From: Candidatus Saccharimonadales bacterium
GTDB taxonomy: Archaea; Micrarchaeota; Micrarchaeia; Micrarchaeales; CABMGC01
Assembly: GCA_035508815.1 (NCBI GenBank)
Contig: DATJMH010000008.1
Coordinates: 1 to 28,144, forward strand
Direction: 5' to 3'
DNA: 28,144 bases
In this document: positions 16,692 to 25,600 of the stretch, in pieces
How positions within the stretch are numbered: position 1 is the stretch's first letter
Layout of the letters: the number at the start of each line of letters is the position of its first letter
Notes under the pieces: generated by a model
Databases searched by the model: none
Seen by the model: the letters and a program-made list of their open reading frames with translations, nothing else
What the model was told of the DNA's origin: nothing
Position numbers and translations under genes: made by a program

Positions 16692-18062
16692 CTACACCAG
16701 TTTGAGCCTCCTTCCCAGACCCAGCCTCGTGGTCCCTCCGAGCATCCTCGCTATGTTGTTGGTGAGCGCGTAGAAGAGCATCAGGTCGAGCACCAGCATG
16801 ACGAAGAGCTGCAGTATCAGGTATATCCCGTATTTGACGAAGAGGTTGAGCGCCGGGTAGAGGTCGCTTATGGAGTCGAACGCGAGGGTAAACTCAAGCT
16901 TCCCGTTCGTCCATGCCTGCCCGACGAAGGAGAGGGCCTGGTTGAAAACACCCGTGATCAGGTTGGACTGGTCCGGCGCCGCAGCTGCTGAAGTGCTGCC
17001 CGTAAGCGCCTGGGTCACCGTGTTCGGATCCGGCCCTAGCGGCGTGCAGAAGCTGTTGCTGCCTCCGCTAAGTATGCTGCAGAAGTAGCTCGAGACCGGC
17101 GCATTGAAGAGTATCAGTATGCCTGGCCATATGAGCGCGAACCCGATGCCGTAGGCTATCAGCGAGCCCCCTATCCCCCTGGTCAGAGGGAGCGCCCTGA
17201 ATACCAGCCCGATAGGTATGAGTATGGTCAGGCCTATGGTGATGAAATACGGGAGCAGGATGACCTGGCCCGCGTATATGAGCTTGACCGGCACCAGCAG
17301 GAAGAGTATGAAGTCTATGAAGATAGACTGCCACTGGCCCAGGTAGATGTAGTTGACGTTGGCAAGCAGGCTTGCGAATATGTAGAAGTCCACCCCGGAC
17401 CTGAAGACGGGAAGGTATGGCGTGAACGTAACAGGCAGCCCAGCATAGGTTATCCTTATGCCGTTGTTGTTGTCCTGGTTCTCTATGATCCCAAGCCCTA
17501 TGACCAGAGGCGCTATGTTGTCTATCCCGAAATTGGCCTCGTTATTCACGGTGCAGAGGTAGCTCTCTGCGCTGTAGGTCAGGTCGTTGATGTTTGTGGC
17601 CACGGGCCCTGAAACAGGGGTGCCGCTCGACGGCTGGCCGCTGAGGATAACACCTATTCCGCTCACAAGCGTTATAACGGAGAATATCACCGCTATCAGT
17701 ATCGCCGACTTGGTGATCTCCCAGTACTCCCTGGGCAGCCAGTTCCTTATGTTTGTCGATGGAACAAGCCTGCTTATTATGTATCCCAGGCCCACTATGT
17801 CGAATGAAACCATCAGGCCTATCAGCGCGGCTATCACCGCATCCTGGAAGACATTCGCCGGGAACCCGGCAAAGCCCGGGATCTGCGTGGGCGCAGTGCT
17901 AGGACCGCCGCTTCCCGTGCCGCCGAAGATGTTAGTGCATTCCTGTGTCGGCGTGACAAGGGTTGTGGTGGCGGTCGTATCTGCCATGATGCCGGAGAGC
18001 ATGACCCCCACAAGAACTAAAGAGAGCACCATGTAGGGTCTCAGTCTCCCCGGATTCGGCAT
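16692..18062 (-). CDS. VirB6/CedA-like polytopic membrane protein, paralog 1 of 6
   Basis: NIRNWLPREYWE and PIGLVFRALPLTRGIGGSLIAYGIGFALIWP motifs. Confidence 0.7.
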   Translation of the reverse strand: MPNPGRLRPYMVLSLVLVGVMLSGIMADTTATTTLVTPTQECTNIFGGTGSGGPSTAPTQIPGFAGFPANVFQDAVIAALIGLMVSFDIVGLGYIISRLVPSTNIRNWLPREYWEITKSAILIAVIFSVITLVSGIGVILSGQPSSGTPVSGPVATNINDLTYSAESYLCTVNNEANFGIDNIAPLVIGLGIIENQDNNNGIRITYAGLPVTFTPYLPVFRSGVDFYIFASLLANVNYIYLGQWQSIFIDFILFLLVPVKLIYAGQVILLPYFITIGLTILIPIGLVFRALPLTRGIGGSLIAYGIGFALIWPGILILFNAPVSSYFCSILSGGSNSFCTPLGPDPNTVTQALTGSTSAAAAPDQSNLITGVFNQALSFVGQAWTNGKLEFTLAFDSISDLYPALNLFVKYGIYLILQLFVMLVLDLMLFYALTNNIARMLGGTTRLGLGRRLKLV

Positions 18063-18082
18063 GACTGATTATAAAATCATAA

Positions 18083-18090
18083 GCTATAAA
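18083..18090 (-). promoter_or_regulatory. TATA box for the paralog operon (probably leaderless mRNA)
   Basis: TTTATAGC on the minus strand about 20 nt upstream of ATG 18062. Confidence 0.5.
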
Positions 18091-18193
18091 TAAGCGTTAT
18101 CCGAGAGCCGACATCAGGATACAGAGCACACCCCATATCCCTGTTGTAGTGCAGTTCGCAGCGCTTGAGGCAAGCCACAGGCACGGGGCCCGT

Positions 18194-20023
18194 TCAGCCC
18201 TCCTCGTTCTCCGCGGAGGCGGCTCCCTTGCCCTTGTTCTTCTTCGCTTCAAGAGAGGACTCGTCATCTGCCTTGCCCTCGTTCTTCCCGGTTTCTGCAG
18301 GCCTTCCCCTCTCAACCACCACTGGGTGGTGCTTTATCTCATGAACCTCGGCATGGCCTCCATGGCTTCCGGCGGCCTTCTGCATGGCAGCGTCTTCTGC
18401 GACATCGCTCGCGAACTTCTCGCTGAACTTCTTCGGGTCATAGGAATTAGCAATCACTTTCAGACGAGCATTCTCTGCCGCATTATACGACTTGAAGACT
18501 CCGCCTCGCCGCTTCCTCTGCATGTCAAAGTTCGGGATGTAGTCGGGCTTGTAACTTTTGTCAAGACTTGCCCTGAGCTGCTGGAACCTTGCCACTGCGG
18601 CCTCTCCGGTGGCGATTGCGGCGGCAGGCACCGTGGCACCTACAAGTGCCGCGTTGTCCTTCGCAGTTGAGACGCTCTCAGCCAGGCTCGGTTTTTCGGG
18701 ATAAAGTCTGTCGTAGGTCTGATTGAATATGGCCTTGTGCTGGTCATCGCTTATCTCGCCCTTCATCAGCTTTATGTTCTCAACTTCCAGCTTCTTGACG
18801 CCCTCGTCCAGCTCCTTCTTCCTCTTCTCCATGCCCTCCACTCTCGCATTGATGACGTCGTTCTCGTGGCTGAGCTCCCTAGTCTGCTTTGCGGCCTCGG
18901 TGGGGCTTAGTTTTTCGTCCTTAGCGATCTTGCTTATCTTCTCGTTGTTCTCCGCTATCGCACCCTTCTGCTTGGCTATTACCTTATTCAAGTGCTCCTC
19001 TTCCGCCTTGAATATCGTTTTCTTCAGCTTCGGAGGATTGGAATTCAGCTTGCTGAGGCCATAAACGCCCAGCGGCCCGAGTACCGGTACCCTCGGTCCG
19101 GTGAAGGCGGCGCCCTCCTTGGTGGCCGTCCATGCATCTCCAAGGGTCTTGAACTTCCACTGTTTTACCTGGGCCATCTTCTGGTTCTTTACCTGCTCCT
19201 CCTTGCTCAACACCCTCACTCTGGGAACGCCGGAAGAGTCATCCGTCTTAACCCCGGGATTCCTGACGGGTATCTTTGTAATCCTTGTGAACAATACGGG
19301 CCTGGGGGCTGCGCCCTTGACAGGCACACGCTTGAAGCCTATCGGTATCTTTCCCAGGACTGCGACCACTCCTGCCGCTGCACTCCTCGTCCCCTTTCCT
19401 GCTATCACCTTAGGCGCCATCATCGCAGCTCCTGCCGCCCCGGTGCCTGCCGCCATCTTAACAGGTCCTCCGGTTTCAGTTGCCGCCCCCCTGCTCCTCT
19501 TTCCTGTTATTACCTTGGGCGCCATCCCTGCCACCCCGCCCACGGCAGCCGTGGTGCCTGCTGCCATCTTAACCCATCCTCCGCTTCCGGCAGCCATCCT
19601 GCCCTTCTTCCCTCCTATCACCTTCGGGCTCATGCCAGGCCCTCTGCCTCCCGTCGGGTTGGGCATCGCCGCAAGCATGGCAAGCCGGGATCCCTCCCTG
19701 AGGTTATTCCTGGCCACCTTCTTCTGCATCCCGGTAGGCCCTCCGCCTCTCCTGCGCCTGAAGAATATTCCCCTCTGGCTCTCTATTCCAGCTCCTTTCG
19801 GTGCGTCGAGATAGGTCCTCAGCGGGAACCCGGATTTCGCCATGCCGCCCCTGGAGCCGCCTCCAACCGAGCCCATGCCCCCAAGGAGCGAGGCGACGCC
19901 GAAGAGGTTGAACAGGCTGAACCCCCTCGTGGCCCCGGCAGCAGCCGCTATCAGCACTATGATCACCATTATCGGCACTAGCGCGTTAAGGTTCCCTACT
20001 GACAGGATCGGAGGTAAAAACAA
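18194..20023 (-). CDS. Membrane-anchored basic Gly/Ala/Lys-rich protein with tandem repeats and a coiled coil
   Basis: TTG start, N-terminal hydrophobic segment(s), low-complexity basic region, heptad-like stretch (HLNKVIAKQ...KLEVENIKLMK) and a charged tail. Confidence 0.75.
   Translation of the reverse strand: MFLPPILSVGNLNALVPIMVIIVLIAAAAGATRGFSLFNLFGVASLLGGMGSVGGGSRGGMAKSGFPLRTYLDAPKGAGIESQRGIFFRRRRGGGPTGMQKKVARNNLREGSRLAMLAAMPNPTGGRGPGMSPKVIGGKKGRMAAGSGGWVKMAAGTTAAVGGVAGMAPKVITGKRSRGAATETGGPVKMAAGTGAAGAAMMAPKVIAGKGTRSAAAGVVAVLGKIPIGFKRVPVKGAAPRPVLFTRITKIPVRNPGVKTDDSSGVPRVRVLSKEEQVKNQKMAQVKQWKFKTLGDAWTATKEGAAFTGPRVPVLGPLGVYGLSKLNSNPPKLKKTIFKAEEEHLNKVIAKQKGAIAENNEKISKIAKDEKLSPTEAAKQTRELSHENDVINARVEGMEKRKKELDEGVKKLEVENIKLMKGEISDDQHKAIFNQTYDRLYPEKPSLAESVSTAKDNAALVGATVPAAAIATGEAAVARFQQLRASLDKSYKPDYIPNFDMQRKRRGGVFKSYNAAENARLKVIANSYDPKKFSEKFASDVAEDAAMQKAAGSHGGHAEVHEIKHHPVVVERGRPAETGKNEGKADDESSLEAKKNKGKGAASAENEEG
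19383..19640 (-). repeat. Intragenic tandem repeat, about 3 copies of 105-111 bp (35-37 aa)
   Basis: PKVI codons recur at + positions 19404, 19509 and 19617. GGTGCCTGC(C/T)GCCATCTTAAC occurs at 19442 and 19553. Confidence 0.85.
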
Positions 20024-20054
20024 TCAGCCACCACTAAACCTACAGCATCTCAAA

Positions 20055-20062
20055 TTTATAAA
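20055..20062 (-). promoter_or_regulatory. TATA box for 18194..20023
   Basis: Palindromic TTTATAAA about 30 nt upstream of TTG 20023. Confidence 0.55.
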
Positions 20063-20075
20063 TCCTCTGACTGGC

Positions 20076-20708
20076 TCACCTGTTCATCTGCCACCTGAAC
20101 CCGAACGCGACAGCGACAATGAAGCCCAGCCCGCACAAGAGCCCCTCCACCTTGTCGGTCCAGCCCCCAGGCCCAGGATGGCTGCCGAAGGCGCCCTGGC
20201 TGACCGCCTCCGCGTTCTCCGCAATGATCCTGTTCTCGATGTTTGACATGAGCCCGCCCACCTGCGCAAGGGTCGGATGGTGCTTTCTTATAACCGAGGC
20301 AAGCCTCTCCCTCTCGGTGCTTATGAAAAGCTCGCGCTGCCCCTGCTCGTAGAACTCGTACCTGTCAATCCCGAGCTGTTTGGCCTTCGCGCTGTCCGCA
20401 TAAAGTATCAAGTCGCTCTTGCCGCTTATTATGCTGAGATCCACGCAGTCGTTGAACTCCTGCCTGGGCATCATGTAGATCTTCTCGGTCGAGCATATCC
20501 CTGCCACCCTCTTGTCGAGGGTGACAACCGGGTACCCGTTGCGGATCTCCAGAGGCGCATCCGGGCGAGAAGAAAAATGCACCGTCTGCGAGGCGACGCC
20601 CAGGAATACGGCAGCCAGGCCAATCGCGATAGAGTTCCTCCTGACCGCCCGCCTGAGGCTCATCCCTAGAGTCCCATGGGTGTGCCGCTCCGTCGCAAGT
20701 TTCCGCAT
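20076..20708 (-). CDS. Hypothetical protein with N-terminal signal/TM and C-terminal TM anchor
   Basis: Hydrophobic SIAIGLAAVFLGVA at the N-terminus and GLLCGLGFIVAVAFGF-RWQMNR at the C-terminus. Start is 20708 or 20663. Confidence 0.65.
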   Translation of the reverse strand: MRKLATERHTHGTLGMSLRRAVRRNSIAIGLAAVFLGVASQTVHFSSRPDAPLEIRNGYPVVTLDKRVAGICSTEKIYMMPRQEFNDCVDLSIISGKSDLILYADSAKAKQLGIDRYEFYEQGQRELFISTERERLASVIRKHHPTLAQVGGLMSNIENRIIAENAEAVSQGAFGSHPGPGGWTDKVEGLLCGLGFIVAVAFGFRWQMNR

Positions 20709-20807
20709 CTATACCAAGAGTGAAAGCGGCGTTTCTCATATAAACGGCTATCGGATCGGTACGACGCCAAAATCTTATATATTGAGATGCACATATTATT
20801 CAGTCCT

Positions 20808-20879
20808 GCCTTAGTTGTGTAACGGTTAGCACAGGGGCCTGTGGAGCCCCAGGACCGGGTTCGATTCCCGGCTAAGGCC
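20808..20879 (+). tRNA. tRNA-His (GUG)
   Basis: Acceptor stem GCCTTAG/CTAAGGC, D stem GTGT/GCAC, anticodon stem GGGGC/GCCCC with loop CTGTGGA (GTG at 20841-20843), T arm CCGGG-TTCGATT-CCCGG, discriminator C. No intron and no CCA. TATA-like ttatatat upstream at 20775-20782. Confidence 0.96.
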
Positions 20880-20973
20880 TAGGCCAAGCCATCTGCCCGT
20901 GGGGCGGGTTCGTCAATCGCCAGCAAAAAGCTCCATCTTAAGAACTTTTCCGCCCATATCCAAATGTGGTAAA

Positions 20974-21333
20974 ATGGCAAAATCGGCTAAAATGGACAAA
21001 ATCTGGGGGGTTCTGGGCTTTGAGTTCGTAGGAAGCATCTTCTTCCTCTCGGTTGCCCTCACCGCCGGGCTGACATGGACAGGTTCCTGGCAGTGGTGGC
21101 AGACGATACTCTTCGGAGTGGGCCTCGTAGGCTCGGTCTCGCTCTTCTTCATGTGCTTCGGCAATTTCGGGCTGATGAAGAGGATATCCATGACCATAAT
21201 GAAGACCGCCATGGTGACCGCAGTGGCCCTGGTGGCGATCTCGGCAGGCGACTGGCCCCTCATAGGCCTCACGCTTGTAGGCTTCATACTCACGTTCATG
21301 GGAGCTTCCTGGGGAATGCCAAAGGAATGGTAA
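20974..21333 (+). CDS. Small 4-TM membrane protein (paralog A)
   Basis: Start placed at ATG 20974 (MAKSAK). Four hydrophobic helices; aligns by eye with 21534..21917. Confidence 0.75.
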   Translation: MAKSAKMDKIWGVLGFEFVGSIFFLSVALTAGLTWTGSWQWWQTILFGVGLVGSVSLFFMCFGNFGLMKRISMTIMKTAMVTAVALVAISAGDWPLIGLTLVGFILTFMGASWGMPKEW

Positions 21334-21386
21334 AAGGCCAGAAAAAGGCGCAGGAGAGGCTTACCTTCCTTTGTCTCCCTCTTCCC

Positions 21387-21393
21387 TTTTTTT
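21387..21393 (+). terminator. Oligo-T archaeal terminator
   Basis: T7 run at the end of a pyrimidine tract about 55 nt after the stop codon. Confidence 0.5.
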
Positions 21394-21533
21394 GAGGCAA
21401 AACTGCGCAGATTCCCGGCCAATCCAGCGTCGACAGACAGCCACTACGTCAAGTGTCGTTTGATACTACCCATAAAAGCGTAGTCCATAGTTAAGTTTAA
21501 GAATCTTGGGGTCCCACTCTTTTACGTGATGAA

Positions 21534-21917
21534 ATGGCAGCAGCAAAGAAGAGTTCGGCGGGAATGGCAGGAGGAATCCTGGTCTTCCTGGGTTCGCTAA
21601 TATACCTGTATGTGGTTTTCACATGGTATAACAGCGGCGCAGCTTTGGGCGCTTGGGTAAGCGCGACGCAGTTCTTGGGTCCATTCGTGGTCGCAGTGGC
21701 CATGGTGAGCGCAATAACTCTGTTCTTCATGGGCATAGGCACCATGTCAGGCAAGGCAACCGGAGAGATGAAGTCCATGATGCAGATGGTGCTCTGGAGG
21801 TTCGTAATGCTCGCCGGAATAACCGAGATAATCGTAACGGGCGGTGGTGCTTGGTTCTACGCGGCAATACTGGGATTCGTCCTGACCTACATCGGAGCAA
21901 TGGCTTCCGCAATGTAA
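21534..21917 (+). CDS. Small 4-TM membrane protein (paralog B)
   Basis: Four hydrophobic helices, Met/Gly-rich, tandem TAA TAG stops. Confidence 0.78.
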   Translation: MAAAKKSSAGMAGGILVFLGSLIYLYVVFTWYNSGAALGAWVSATQFLGPFVVAVAMVSAITLFFMGIGTMSGKATGEMKSMMQMVLWRFVMLAGITEIIVTGGGAWFYAAILGFVLTYIGAMASAM

Positions 21918-21946
21918 TAGGCGCCAACCCCTGAAGCATATTTAAC

Positions 21947-21980
21947 TTTTGGTTTTTTTCTTTTGTTTTTCTTCCTTTTC
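21947..21980 (+). terminator. Oligo-T archaeal terminator
   Basis: Several T4-T7 runs about 30 nt after the stop codon. Confidence 0.6.
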
Positions 21981-22076
21981 CTTCCTCAATACCCTCTAAT
22001 CATTTGTGGGTCCTAGACAGGAGACGAAGGCAAGGCAAGGTCTAAATACCATAAAAGAGCGATAATATCTGGTCAT

Positions 22077-22481
22077 ATGGCTGTGCTTGTAAGGCATTCT
22101 AACGAAGCAAAAAACAGCCTGGGAACATTCAGGATTGCGGTGGCTGCCGCTGCGCTTGGCGCAATGGTGGCGTTTCCAGCAAGCGAATCCAAGGCAAGCA
22201 CAATTCTTACCATAACCATACCAGGCGCTGCAACAGCGCTTAGCAATGCGATGCGCAACAAGACGCCTCCCATAAATACCGACAACCCCGCTCTGGAAGT
22301 ACCTAATGCATGTAACCAGCCTTTGAACGAAGGATCAAATGTCAGTATACAAGGGACAAACCCCAACGAAGCCAAGAAGCCTCCGGAAGTTTACCAGGGC
22401 CCTATCCTAATACCCCCTCCCCTCTTCTTAAGAGGGACAAAGCCATGCGAACCGGAGATGAATCTACAACCACCACAGTAA
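22077..22481 (+). CDS. Small putative secreted Pro/Asn-rich protein
   Basis: Signal-peptide-like RIAVAAAALGAMVAFPASESKA followed by a low-complexity P/N-rich region with 2 Cys. AT-rich promoter-like sequence upstream. Confidence 0.5.
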   Translation: MAVLVRHSNEAKNSLGTFRIAVAAAALGAMVAFPASESKASTILTITIPGAATALSNAMRNKTPPINTDNPALEVPNACNQPLNEGSNVSIQGTNPNEAKKPPEVYQGPILIPPPLFLRGTKPCEPEMNLQPPQ

Positions 22482-22615
22482 ACACCTACAAATACCAACT
22501 AACTTCTTCTTTTGAAACAAGACCCGTACAAGCGGCTCTTCTGAATCTGTGTTATCGGACCAGTAACAAAATATATATACCTAATTACTCCACTAGCTAG
22601 CATAGGAAGGATTTG

Positions 22616-25600
22616 ATGGGTAAACTCGGATTCTTTATCTTTCTTATCTCCCTGTTTAGTTCCCTCAGCATAATACAAACTGCTCAAGCAGCCCAAGTGC
22701 CAAACGGAGTCCCACCCACATGTCAGTCATTATCATGTGGTAGCATACTTGGAAAATTTTCTCAAGGCATGCAGACAGGCCTGCTGTTTTCTGCCCCGCA
22801 GATCGGATTTACTGTTTCCGAAGACACTCTTTTGGCAGCGGTGGCCCAGGCAAAGGCAGCTGGCTACGCAGCAAATCCGTTGGTCGTTGCGAGTGGATAT
22901 ACCGGGGACCAATGGATACAAGTTATCGTATTGTGCGACCAGGCTAGTAACTGTTATGCAGGTTTTAATGCCTGGTCTGTTTCTGCTACTGGAAGTATAA
23001 ACCAATATTATTACGCCCAATCCCAATTGCCTATTGTGCCAGGTGCACAGTTTTCTGGGACTGTAAGCATAACTGACGGAACCCTAAACGCTTACGTGAC
23101 ATGCGATATCTGTCTGAATTTTCAACCGATAGTTATGCCTTCCATTACCGACCCGAACCCAATAAACCCTAACCTTTTTTCCACTCAGGGAGGCGCTCTA
23201 TTACCCAGTGGGGACATGGGCGAAACCTGGACCGACACCTATGAAGCCCCTATTGATTATAGCTTTATATGCAATCCATGCGCAAGCTCAGTAATTCCTT
23301 ACAACACTGCTTATTCCCTAACCTATACTTTAGGGGGGTATACAAGTACACTGCCTCAACTTAACATCGGAAGCCCAGTAGATTTGTCTACCGACACTCA
23401 ATTTACCTTCGGCGTGTCCTGCGCATCTTCCAGTGGCTGTTTCTCTCCCCCTTCACTAACTCTAAACTCGGGCTCCGTTACAATAGGCAGCCTGGCCACT
23501 CAAGACCAACTCCCCATCAATCCCGGAGTCACGCAGGTCACTATAAATCCTACCCCAATGTCCTTCATCTCGTCTAATCCATTATACCTTGACCTGCAGA
23601 ACCAGGCAGGGCAGCTCTGGGACGTGGCTGACCATCCTCTATCTGGCCTGGATTCCGGCTCAGGCGGGATTACGGTCATTGATCCCACGGTGTTGCCACC
23701 AGGAAGCCAGGTAGACATACAGTCCTTCTCGGAAACCGATACGGGGCAGCTGGGAGGATACGCAATTCTTACTAATCCTGGAGGCACAGAAAGCGCATAT
23801 CTTGACATTAACCAACTGGGGCCATGCACAGATGCAGGATGTTCATACTCGTTATCGCTGCCGCTGCCTTACGCGGCAGATACGGGCCTGCCTGGCGAAG
23901 TTGTGGCTACCATAAGTACAACCGTTCCGCTAGACACAGGAAGCAGCATGTCCATCAGTTCAGCCACGGGAGGCGGCACTGGTTCATACGTGGCCTACCT
24001 AGATTTGCAGCAATCCCCATACCTTGGGTCCTTCGGATCCCCCATCGACTGCAGCTCCTTCTGCTACTTAAGCACGCCAATACAATACCCTGGATCCTTC
24101 GCCCCCTCCATCGACTGCGGCCCCGATTGTAGCCTGTCATTGTCCTCAAATCCGCCAATCCCGCAGGACTCCGGAGTCCTGGGCCTCGACGAACAGCAGG
24201 CCCAGCAACTGCAGTTCATCGCAGCCGGATATTCACTTGGACTTACATGCGCCTTCAGCTCAACCACCTCCTGCCTTGAGTCTCTACCTTCAGCGGCATT
24301 GGCAATCCCAAGCGGCCTTGCCGCCTTCCAGGTAAGTGATTACCTGCAGAATCAAGAAACCCAGCTGTTCCAGAGCCTGTTCGGCAGTTCCGCCCAGGAC
24401 ATCTCAGAGGCCATCTCCTATATCCCATTCCTCAGTCTCGGGATAAGCATACTCGAAGGCAGCACTAACGTCCAGATCCCCCTCTCTCCGATACAATTCA
24501 CCACCACCTACACTGCGTCGCCTCCAAACGTGACAGTGACCAACAGCACGCCGTACAACTCCTCGCCAACCGGTCAGGTATTCAACGGCAACTACGGGGA
24601 GGCGCCGAATTACCTAACATGTCCAACTAACGCATCGTCTCTCAATCCAACCACCGACCTATACTTCTATGCGAACAAGAACACCGGGATAGCAGGGGAC
24701 AAATGCCTTACCGCTAACACAACCTTCTCGAGCACGCTCTACGGCCTTACCACTAGCGTCTCTGTCCCCCCGGTAGACGAATTCTTCCACATACTCTCAA
24801 GCGTGGGGAGCGGAGGCTACATCACCGGAGTCAGCGAACTCCAGATAGCCAATCCAGGTGCCGTCTCGGAGCAGGACCTCGGCTACTCGCCGAGCGTCGA
24901 CGGCGTCCTCTCGAACGGCTTCAACACCAGCTCCTACATATTCGACAAGGTGCCCTCGTTCGCACAGCACGGGATCTGGTCTTGGAACCTGGTCCTGCCT
25001 GACTTCTCGGCTGCATCTGTGCCGGCGAGCAGCAACCTCTTCTTCACGATGCAGACTATAACGGAGCCTGGAACCGGAGGAATATGCCTCTACACCGGCC
25101 CGTATTTCGAGCAGACCACACTAGACAGCGTAAATACAAACTACATACCCTTCACTGAGATCGAGCACAACTCAAGTTCAACAAATTACAACTCATCCAG
25201 CAGATCGACCTTCGACACCGCCGTCTATCCCTTCCTTCTGTACAGCTACGTACTGACCCAAGACAACGCCGGTCCGCTGAGCAACCCCAACCTCACGGGA
25301 ATGTCTGAGGACATCTACAGCCCGTGGAACTACTACACGCCTGCGAATTCTGAGGACCAGTTCCCCATAGACCTACCCAGCCTACTCTTCGCTAGATCCA
25401 CGACAAAAGGAAACCAGGTAATCACCATACCTGAGAACGGCACCGCGCCTGAGAACTCCGCAATCCAGACTCCAGTAGCAGCATACAGAACTTCACCTTC
25501 GATAAACCTTTCCATACCATCCACCCAAATATATTCAAACTATTCGTTCCTGACTTCCAACGCATTCTACCTTACCCTCCTAGACCCCATTGCAGCCCCA

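Noticed and set aside
18077-18193. In-frame Cys-containing stretch (CLKRCELHYNRDMGCALYP) after the TGA of the 609-aa gene, suggesting readthrough or a gene remnant
   Set aside because: Only about 39 codons, with no recoding signal recognised, and it runs into the promoter of the next gene. Chance is plausible.
20876-20885. Perfect palindrome GGCCTAGGCC at the tRNA 3' end
   Set aside because: Only 10 bp and half of it is the acceptor stem; no further support for a function.
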